Shown: one piece after another, positions 52,688 to 59,684 of the stretch
Layout of the letters: the number at the start of each line of letters is the position of its first letter
How positions within the stretch are numbered: position 1 is the first letter of the stretch
Source: an uncultured Mycoplasmatota bacterium
GTDB taxonomy: Bacteria > Bacillota_I > Bacilli_A > RF39 > UBA660
Direction of reading: 5' to 3'
DNA length: 64,000 nt
Assembly (NCBI GenBank): GCA_900549285.1
Contig: URNW01000005.1
Span: 794 to 64,793 of the forward strand
Position numbers and translations under genes: made by a program
The notes under the pieces: model-generated
The model's database searches: none
What the model was told of the DNA's origin: nothing
What the model saw: the letters and a program-made list of their open reading frames with translations, nothing else

Positions 52688-52778
52688 GTGCGAATTAATT
52701 ATACATTTTGTAATTTAAAGTGTTTTTTTAAAATTATTTTAATTAATTAGCTTATAATTAAACATAATGTAAATATTT
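52688..52778 (+). CRISPR. degenerate mini-CRISPR I (pseudo-repeat, 29-nt pseudo-spacer, pseudo-repeat)
   Basis: psiR0 is at 52688-52720; its tail cattttgtaatttaaag compares with the canonical catattgtaatctaaat. psiS1 is at 52721-52749. psiRA is at 52750-52778; gcttataattaaacataatgta compares with the canonical gtctataattaaacatattgta. The start-to-start spacing of 62-64 nt is close to the array period of 65-66 nt. Confidence 0.6.
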
Positions 52779-52902
52779 TGTCGACTTATAATATAGTCTA
52801 AAGCCTAAAAGATCGACAAAAAACTTACGAAAATATATTAATTTATAGAAATTTCAAGTAATTTTTGATGAGATTAAAGTATTTTTATTAACAAAAGTAC
52901 GA
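52779..52902 (+). promoter_or_regulatory. third CRISPR leader copy (motif 52779-52818), inverted relative to leaders 1 and 2
   Basis: The plus-strand motif is tgtcgacttataatatagtctaaagcctaaaagatcgaca, followed by an 84-nt leader. The leader shares atttatagaaa and the junction ...aaaagtacga with leaders 1 and 2. Confidence 0.65.
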
Positions 52903-52996
52903 GTTTATAATTGAATAGATTGTCATTTAATACACTTTTAATTGATTTTCCTTAATTCAATTTATTGTTCATAATTAAACTTTTGTATAATTTGAC
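52903..52996 (+). CRISPR. degenerate mini-CRISPR II (two pseudo-repeats flanking a ~34-nt pseudo-spacer)
   Basis: psiRB at 52903-52932 (gtttataattgaatagattgtcatttaata) matches the array 1 repeat read on the minus strand at 22/30. psiRC at 52967-52996 (gttcataattaaacttttgtataatttgac) is more diverged. The start-to-start spacing is 64 nt. Confidence 0.55.
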
Positions 52997-53341
52997 AGTT
53001 TTGTTATTTTTGCGATATATTGTTATAAGAAAAAAGACAGCTTATTTAAAATGACGTTAGACTTTTCTAGTTTGCCATTTAAAGTCGTCTTTTTCATGCT
53101 ATTTGATAGTATAACTTTTTATATAGAAAATCAAACCAAATCAATGGTTCGACTTTTCAATACATATAATTAATGGGGCAATAAACTAATGAGTTTTGCA
53201 CCCAAGTTAGTAATACTTGATGAATTAATTATAGCATCATTTAATAAATTTTACAAAGTCTTTTACATAAAGCAAATTAAAATTAAGTTAATTTATTTTA
53301 AAATATTAATATTTTTGCTATAATATAATTAAATAGTAAAG

Positions 53342-54019
53342 GTGATGGATGTGTTTAGGAGCGAATTAGAATTACAAAATAAATTTATTAATTTAATGAA
53401 ACAAGATAAACAAGATCATACTTATATTTCAGATGAATTTAATGCAAGATTTGGTAATGTTGATATTGTTAAAGTAAAATATGATAATAATACACCTTTA
53501 ACAAAAAAACAGGCTGATATACTTTCTAATATAGCTGCTGCAAGAATCGTTGGGTATTTGCATAAAAAATCAATGAGAACTTTATCTTATTTAATAAAAA
53601 ACTCTGGTTATACCGAAGAATATATATTATCCATTTTGTCAAAATTAAAATCAGCAAATATTATTAATGAACCAAAATACTATAGATATATAATTAATGA
53701 ACAATTTGAGTTTCCTAAATTAGTTTTTAGTTCTTATGAAGCAAAATTAACTGATTGGCAGAAAGCAATTTCTCAAGCAATAAAAAATCAAGCATTTTCA
53801 AGTGAGTCATACGTTGTAATGCCTGAAAAAATTGCTAAAAAATTATCGTTAACTAAGAAAAATTATTTTTTGTCATATAATGTTGGTTTAATCGCTGTTA
53901 ATAATGATAAATACAAAATTCTTGTGAAACCTAAAATTCAAAAAAATAATTATTCTCAGGCTTCATTAATTAGCAGTATTGCAAAATATTTAATATTACA
54001 AAAGCAAGTCGTTGCGTGA
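53342..54019 (+). CDS. hypothetical protein, possibly a wHTH inserted in a PD-(D/E)xK-like fold (tentative)
   Basis: 225-aa ORF with an extended -10 TGcTATAAT at 53316-53324 and aaaggtga before the GTG/ATG start. The candidate nuclease residues (GNVDIV ... YEAKLTDWQKA) are only a guess. Confidence 0.4.
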   Translation: MMDVFRSELELQNKFINLMKQDKQDHTYISDEFNARFGNVDIVKVKYDNNTPLTKKQADILSNIAAARIVGYLHKKSMRTLSYLIKNSGYTEEYILSILSKLKSANIINEPKYYRYIINEQFEFPKLVFSSYEAKLTDWQKAISQAIKNQAFSSESYVVMPEKIAKKLSLTKKNYFLSYNVGLIAVNNDKYKILVKPKIQKNNYSQASLISSIAKYLILQKQVVA

Positions 54020-54031
54020 CTTGCTTTTTTT
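54004..54031. terminator. bidirectional terminator between convergent genes
   Basis: Stem gcaagtc (54004-54010) / gacttgc (54018-54024), with a T-run downstream and an A-run upstream. Confidence 0.65.
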
Positions 54032-55247
54032 AATCCATATAATGACTTTTTTTAAATTCATTTAATGCTAATTGATAATTTTTTACATGAATATTTGTTA
54101 TAGCCGTAATAGGTTTAGGAACCAGATGATTATATCTATCAATGCTGTTTAATGCCTTTTCTATTACATCACTAGCATAATTAATTCTGTCTTCAATATC
54201 TAAATCTTTCATTGGTTTTAACAAATCGTTTAATGCTTCAAAATATTGTATATACGTAGTATTTAGTGATATTTCTTCAATGCTTTTACTATTACGGATG
54301 TCTTTATCTAAATTAGTATCACCAACAATTAAGTTAAATATTTCTTCTTTATTTTCAGGCATAGCTTGAAATAAAATTTCTTCCATTTTGACTTCATGCA
54401 GTATTTTAATTGAAGTATATCTTTTTATATGTCTTCCTTGTCTTTGAAAAACTTCAAGTCCTTTTTCTTGACGATTAAACTTTCTTAAAGAATAAAACCA
54501 GCCTGATGAAATTGAATTAGCACCTGATGCAATTAAAAGTAAACTTTCTAATCCACAATAACCATAAATAACATCAAAATTTGCATTGCTTAAAGTATAA
54601 TTAAAACTCATAATATTAGATAATCTAGTTGAATCAAAATTATGTCTTATAGTGTCACCATTATCTCTATCTATAACTATATGGATTCCATTAATATCCC
54701 CACTATAATTTCCTAAATCAGAAATAAAATCATTTACGTCATTCATGTTATTAAAAGCATTTTCCTGAGCCACTATTGAAACATATATTTTTTCTGACAA
54801 ATCATTTTCTTTTTTATATTTTATTGCAAATTCACACATATCAAATATCTTATCAACAATTCTTCCATCAAAGCTAGATAAGTAAACTGTAGGCAATAAC
54901 AATTTACTTACATTATATAATTTTTGATAATTAAAACATTTAATAATATATCCTTCTAGTTTTTTACTGTCTCTTAAAAATGTTCTGTCTATTATTTCAT
55001 CTGGAATATAATCCAAGTCTTTTAATTTTTTTATTTCAGAATTTTGAAATTGTTTATAAAACCATTTATTATCAACTATATTGTCAATTTCTTTTAAACT
55101 TGGATTTGTATCTTTTATTTCATTTACTTTTTCAAAAGTTTCTTCTCTTGGATCCCAGATAATACCATCTACTAAATTTTTATTCAATATTTCTAGAACT
55201 TTTGGTCTCCAGGCTGGTCCATTTTGAATATAAATCATATTACTCAC
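54030..55247 (-). CDS. hypothetical 405-aa protein, partner of the Ser/Thr kinase
   Basis: Long intact ORF overlapping the kinase stop by 8 nt. I could recognise no family motif. Confidence 0.5.
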   Translation of the reverse strand: MSNMIYIQNGPAWRPKVLEILNKNLVDGIIWDPREETFEKVNEIKDTNPSLKEIDNIVDNKWFYKQFQNSEIKKLKDLDYIPDEIIDRTFLRDSKKLEGYIIKCFNYQKLYNVSKLLLPTVYLSSFDGRIVDKIFDMCEFAIKYKKENDLSEKIYVSIVAQENAFNNMNDVNDFISDLGNYSGDINGIHIVIDRDNGDTIRHNFDSTRLSNIMSFNYTLSNANFDVIYGYCGLESLLLIASGANSISSGWFYSLRKFNRQEKGLEVFQRQGRHIKRYTSIKILHEVKMEEILFQAMPENKEEIFNLIVGDTNLDKDIRNSKSIEEISLNTTYIQYFEALNDLLKPMKDLDIEDRINYASDVIEKALNSIDRYNHLVPKPITAITNIHVKNYQLALNEFKKSHYMD

Positions 55248-56199
55248 ACTCCTTTAATTGTTCAACTTGTAAAATTGCTTTATCTATATCATTGAATCTA
55301 TTTAATTTTTGATATGAAGATAGGTTTACAATAATATTTCTAAAAACTTTCATTCTTTTTATATTATCACTAAATTTTTCTTTCCATATAATATACATCT
55401 CATCTAGATCTCTTAAAGTTTTAAAATTCTTTCTCAATTCTGGAATATACATTTCCATAGCCATTATTCCTATTGGGTACAAATCTGTTTGAAAATTCCA
55501 TTTATAATCTGGTGGATAATTTTGTTGTTCAGGTGCCCAATATCCTCTTGTTCCAAGTAAATTATGAGAAAGCATACTATTTCCTTCTTCTTCCTTTAAA
55601 TTTTTTCCTAATCCACCATCAATTACTTTATAAACTTCTTCATTAATAATAATGTTATCAGGCTTTAAATCTCTATGTACATATCCACTATTATACATTA
55701 TTTTTATATGATTTAACATTTGTAAAATAAAATCTAATACCTCATTATCTGAATAATTGTCTTTATATTGTAAGCTTGAACCTTCAAACTTCTCTTCAAT
55801 GTAGTAAGCAACCCAATAATAACTATTAACAAACACATAATTAATTGTTTCAAAAAATTTTAATTGAGGTAAATTTGAACAAGCTTTATTCATTTTTATT
55901 TCAGTGTTTATTCTTTTACATTCAGAATTTATTCTTGTAAATATTTCATTTAAAATATTTCTATCAATACCTTCTAGATTATAATTATTTGATATATCAA
56001 AATTATCATAAACGTCATATGGAGTTACATCTACAACTTTACAAGCATATTCAATGTCATCTACTCTAATAAAATAAACTTTCTTTTGACCACTATCTTT
56101 TTTTAATATTTTTACTTCGCTAACATTGATTCCTTTTTCCAATAATATTTTTTTCAAATCTTGTTCTGATAAATTAATCACTAGTACCAAATCCTCCAA
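55240..56199 (-). CDS. Hanks-type Ser/Thr protein kinase, soluble, stand-alone catalytic domain
   Basis: Motifs: YACKVV (VAIK-like Lys), HRDLKPDNIII catalytic loop, DGG (DFG variant) and GTRGYWAPE (APE motif). The true start may be the GTG at 56181, 11 nt after GGAGGA. Confidence 0.75.
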   Translation of the reverse strand: MEDLVLVINLSEQDLKKILLEKGINVSEVKILKKDSGQKKVYFIRVDDIEYACKVVDVTPYDVYDNFDISNNYNLEGIDRNILNEIFTRINSECKRINTEIKMNKACSNLPQLKFFETINYVFVNSYYWVAYYIEEKFEGSSLQYKDNYSDNEVLDFILQMLNHIKIMYNSGYVHRDLKPDNIIINEEVYKVIDGGLGKNLKEEEGNSMLSHNLLGTRGYWAPEQQNYPPDYKWNFQTDLYPIGIMAMEMYIPELRKNFKTLRDLDEMYIIWKEKFSDNIKRMKVFRNIIVNLSSYQKLNRFNDIDKAILQVEQLKECE

Positions 56200-56295
56200 T
56201 CAAAAAATAAAAGCGCAATACAAAACCTGATAAAGTCTGTACTAGCACTTTAAACCTAAAAGTATTATATCAAATAATTCTACAAATTACTACAC

Positions 56296-56865
56296 TTATA
56301 ATTTTAATATCTCATTGTTATTAAAATTGTTTTTTTGCATTTCTAAATACCATTTATATTCTTCCAATTCTTTTAAATAATCTCTTTTAAAATAATTTTC
56401 GTATAACCATTTAACTCCTTCTTCTTTAACACATATAACATCATCTTCTTCAAAGGTTATAGGATAAGGAAAAACTTTTCTCATCCTATGAAGTGCTACA
56501 TGAATAGCACTTACACTTTTATCAAATTTATATGGTAGAAATCTTAAAGAAGTAGATACATATTTATTTCTTTTATGATCTATTCCTAACTCATTTTCTA
56601 AATCAAAAATTTTTTCTTTATAAAATTCAATTTCAGAAGTTAAATAATGTACTTTTTTATTGAAATAAACTTTTCTTAACCATTCAACACATTCCTTATT
56701 TATATACATTTTTGATTTATTATCTTTATCTCTATCTATCCATAAATAGTAATCATATTTGTGTCTTCGTTTTATATTTCTTAAGACTCTTCCAATTTGT
56801 TTTGTAGTTAATGAAAACATTTCTTGAACATCTTTTCTTTCTATCCATTCTTGATTCATACACAT
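56296..56865 (-). CDS. hypothetical DNA-binding protein with an internally repeated module
   Basis: 189 aa with an N-terminal HTH-like segment (FSLTTKQIGRVLRNI). Two similar segments are ECVEWLRKVYF and EGVKWLYENYF. Confidence 0.4.
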   Translation of the reverse strand: MCMNQEWIERKDVQEMFSLTTKQIGRVLRNIKRRHKYDYYLWIDRDKDNKSKMYINKECVEWLRKVYFNKKVHYLTSEIEFYKEKIFDLENELGIDHKRNKYVSTSLRFLPYKFDKSVSAIHVALHRMRKVFPYPITFEEDDVICVKEEGVKWLYENYFKRDYLKELEEYKWYLEMQKNNFNNNEILKL

Positions 56866-57176
56866 CTCGTATCTAATAAAGGCATATCAATTACTAATAT
56901 ATCGGCTTTAATATTCTTTGTAATATCTTTCCACTCATCAATTATCATATTATAATTTCTACCTAATCTATCAATGCTTTTAATAACTAATAAATCATTT
57001 TCTCTTAACACATTTTTTAATATACTATATTGCTCTCTATTAAAATCTTTACCACTTTGCTTATCAATATAAATATCTCTTTCATCATTACCATATTTTT
57101 TAAATGCTACTAATTGTCTTTCTTCATTTTGGTCTTTACTACTAACCCTTGCATAACCAAATATTTTATTCTTCAT
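56856..57176 (-). pseudogene. serine recombinase (resolvase/invertase) catalytic domain only, truncated after ...DMPLLDTR
   Basis: GYARVSSKDQNEERQ nucleophile motif and VIKSIDRLGRN. The ORF stops at 106 aa and lacks the E-helix and the C-terminal HTH. Confidence 0.65.
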
Positions 57177-57183
57177 AATAAAT

Positions 57184-57414
57184 TTACCTTCCTATATAAT
57201 TACTAAATTCTCTAAATATTCTATCTATAACAATATCCACAAATACATCATTAAGTCCAACAATGATATTATTTTCTTTTAACTCAGCAATATAATTAGC
57301 ACAAGCAATTGCATATGGAAATTCTCTTTTATTGTCTTCAATGTTTTCCATAATTGTATCAACATAGCCATTGCATACAAACTCTACTATTTTTCTCAAT
57401 TCTTGCTCTTTCAT
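57184..57414 (-). CDS. hypothetical 76-aa protein
   Basis: First ORF of the operon, with GGAGG 7 nt upstream of the ATG. Confidence 0.4.
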   Translation of the reverse strand: MKEQELRKIVEFVCNGYVDTIMENIEDNKREFPYAIACANYIAELKENNIIVGLNDVFVDIVIDRIFREFSNYIGR

Positions 57415-57447
57415 TAGACACCTCCTTACTATGAATATATATTATAT

Positions 57448-57459
57448 GAACATTTGTTC
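57448..57459. promoter_or_regulatory. GAAC-N4-GTTC palindrome (Cheo/LexA-box-like) adjoining a TATAAT box
   Basis: gaacatttgttc at 57448-57459. On the minus strand it reads GAACAAATGTTCA followed directly by TATAAT, 36 nt upstream of the ATG at 57414. Confidence 0.35.
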
Positions 57460-57537
57460 TGTTTTCCGAGCCCTTTCTTTAAAAAAGTTAAAAAACTTTT
57501 CAAATATTTAAAAATTCAATTATATACTTTTACAAAT

Positions 57538-57575
57538 ACAAAAAAAGACTTAATTCATATTCAAATTAAATCTTT
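57538..57575 (-). terminator. terminator after the 254-aa gene
   Basis: 12-bp stem (one mismatch) aaagacttaatt (57544-57555) / aattaaatcttt (57564-57575). On the minus strand it is followed by a 7-T run. Confidence 0.6.
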
Positions 57576-57602
57576 ATAAACCTACACAATTTTAAATGCT
57601 AA

Positions 57603-58367
57603 TTATTTAATAATCATTGCTGCTATAAAACTGCCAATACTAGCCAATTCCGACAATATACTTAAAACACTTTTCTTATCTTTCATCTTAATTGCATTTT
57701 CTAATTTTTCCAATTTATCTTTACAGTCATTATTTTTCATTTCCATTTTTATTGCCTCTATTTTACTATCTAATAATTCAAACAACTTTTCATCACTAAT
57801 ATTATTAACATTAGCAACATTTCCATTGCCTTGCTGACTTATATATGTTCCATATACTATTGGACTGCCTTGACTCATATTACTTTGACCCATAACAACT
57901 TTAATATTATCATAAATAATTGTACCTAATCTATTATCATAATATCTAAAAATACTATTATCAAAACTAATTAAGCCAATATTACGGCACTCATTTAAAA
58001 TTTCTCTAATAGCTTCATTACACATATTATCAAATACATCTTCTAAATTTTTAAATGCTTCATTTCCATAATTACTAATAATTGCCTTTAATTCATTTAC
58101 TTTATAATTTATATATTCTTTTTGACCCAAAAAATTCAGTATAACAAATTTCCCAACTATACCTTTACCGCCACTTAAATCTTGCCACATTCCTTTTTTA
58201 TTTAATGTAACTAAACTTTCATTTTCAACTACAAAATCATATGGCACATACTTCATTTTTTCTAAACATAACTTTTCAAATTCTTGCCATTTCAAATCAT
58301 CACTTTTGTCTTCTTCATATACACTACTATAAACATAATTAAAAAGGCTAATATTTTTATTATTCAT
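57603..58367 (-). CDS. hypothetical 254-aa protein with a C-terminal hydrophobic helix
   Basis: Intact ORF. The C-terminal ILSELASIGSFIAAMIIK is a TM-like tail. No family was recognised. Confidence 0.45.
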   Translation of the reverse strand: MNNKNISLFNYVYSSVYEEDKSDDLKWQEFEKLCLEKMKYVPYDFVVENESLVTLNKKGMWQDLSGGKGIVGKFVILNFLGQKEYINYKVNELKAIISNYGNEAFKNLEDVFDNMCNEAIREILNECRNIGLISFDNSIFRYYDNRLGTIIYDNIKVVMGQSNMSQGSPIVYGTYISQQGNGNVANVNNISDEKLFELLDSKIEAIKMEMKNNDCKDKLEKLENAIKMKDKKSVLSILSELASIGSFIAAMIIK

Positions 58368-58437
58368 CTTACATCACCGTATAATATTATACATTATTTT
58401 TACTATATATCATAGTTATTTGCTGTTTATTCCTCGC

Positions 58438-58550
58438 AAATTTCAATAAAAAATGGTAACTCAATATAATTATACTAAATTGCCTAAAATACTTTAAACT
58501 TACTAATATGCTATTATTTTTACTGACTACTCATATTTTTTAATATACCA
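58438..58550. repeat. copy A of a ~115-nt direct repeat (promoter-bearing intergenic module)
   Basis: About 88% identical to 59569-59684. On the minus strand it contains tataat (...aggcaatttagtataattat...). Confidence 0.8.
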
Positions 58551-58562
58551 TATTTTTAAATA

Positions 58563-59513
58563 TTATTTAAAAATATTATAATAGTCATTACTTAACTTTA
58601 ATAAATAATCCTCTTTAACTATACTATCTAACCATTTACTAGGTAAATTACCATAATATATACCACTTAAACCACCAAATAATGCTCCAATAGTATCACT
58701 ATCATTTCCTAAATTGATGGCTTCAATGACACATTTATCATAACTATTATTATTCATAAAACACCATATAACTGCCTCCAATGTATCAACAACAAAACCC
58801 ATACTACTAATACTATCTACATCTAATTTACTAATATCATTATTTAATAATCTGTCATAATACTTTATATTTTCCAAACTAAAATATTTTCTATAATTAT
58901 ATTTTCTTATATTACTATAAGCATTTACTTTTTCTTCGCCACTTAATAACTCTATAACTAAAAGCACATATATAAAACAATCTAATATACTTATTTCGTG
59001 TCTATGGGTAAATGATGATACATCTTTTACTAAATTATATATTTCATTTTCATTTAATTTTTTATAATAACAATAGTAAGCAATAGGTAATATTCGCATT
59101 AAACTACCATTACCATTATAATTAAAACCTTTCATACCACAATCAGTTATCTTTTCATATCTTTTATTATAATAATTGCCTAAAGCAAAAAATGTTGCTC
59201 TGCCAATGCCGAATGCTTTATCAATAGCAATAAAATCTTTATTTGAAACCCATAAAATAAAATTATTCATAATACTTTCATAGTTTATTTTACCTTTATT
59301 ATCTATAATCGCTTTCATTGTAGCAATAACCATACTACTATCATCAGACCAAACACCTTTTACACCAATTCTATCACTACTAATCATATCTGTAACTTTA
59401 TTATTTTTAAATATTTCTCTTTTTTTAAATTCTAATGGAACACCTAAGGCATCTCCAATAATAAAAACTAATATTCCATTTTTCAATTTATTAAAATCGC
59501 ACATCATTACCAT
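58563..59513 (-). CDS. ADP-ribosylglycohydrolase family protein
   Basis: IIGDALGVPLEF, WSDDSSM and GNDSDTIGALFGGLSGIYYG motifs. Confidence 0.8.
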   Translation of the reverse strand: MVMMCDFNKLKNGILVFIIGDALGVPLEFKKREIFKNNKVTDMISSDRIGVKGVWSDDSSMVIATMKAIIDNKGKINYESIMNNFILWVSNKDFIAIDKAFGIGRATFFALGNYYNKRYEKITDCGMKGFNYNGNGSLMRILPIAYYCYYKKLNENEIYNLVKDVSSFTHRHEISILDCFIYVLLVIELLSGEEKVNAYSNIRKYNYRKYFSLENIKYYDRLLNNDISKLDVDSISSMGFVVDTLEAVIWCFMNNNSYDKCVIEAINLGNDSDTIGALFGGLSGIYYGNLPSKWLDSIVKEDYLLKLSNDYYNIFK

Positions 59514-59527
59514 CGCACATCATTACC
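59496..59527. repeat. perfect 16-bp tandem duplication spanning the annotated start codon of the ARH gene
   Basis: atcgcacatcattacc occurs at 59496-59511 and again at 59512-59527. The ATG (59513-59511, minus strand) is formed at the junction. Confidence 0.9.
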
Positions 59528-59568
59528 ACTCGACTTTATTATATATTAAATATTTATTTTTTCGCTTT

Positions 59569-59684
59569 AAATTTCAATAAAAAAGGTAACTCAATATAAT
59601 TTATACTAAATTACCTAAACTACCTTAAACCTACTAATATGCCGTTATTTTACTGACTACTCAAATTTTTTTAATACATTACCA
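59569..59684. repeat. copy B of the ~115-nt direct repeat
   Basis: Its last ~28 nt overlap the 3' end of the 303-aa gene (NGNVLKKFE*). Copy A retains a decayed version of this coding tail. Confidence 0.8.

Noticed and set aside
52712-52723. An 11/12 match between the 5' end of pseudo-spacer II (acacttttaatt) and the minus strand here (acactttaaatt), first considered as a Cascade target.
   Set aside because: The site coincides with the tail of pseudo-repeat psiR0 plus the first 3 nt of psiS1. The similarity therefore probably reflects repeat-derived sequence. The flanking triplet is AAA rather than CCN, and there is no match beyond position 12.
53031-53170. A CreT-like toxin RNA or small ORF (ATGACGTTAGAC..., ~40 codons) downstream of mini-CRISPR II.
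   Set aside because: There is no Shine-Dalgarno, no clear promoter and no strong structure beyond an 8-bp stem with a very large loop. Nothing supports it beyond its position.
53329-53348. A CCA-flanked partial match of pseudo-spacer II over the RBS/start of the 225-aa gene.
   Set aside because: Only 8 of the first 12 positions match, including a mismatch at position 1. That is within chance expectation for this composition.
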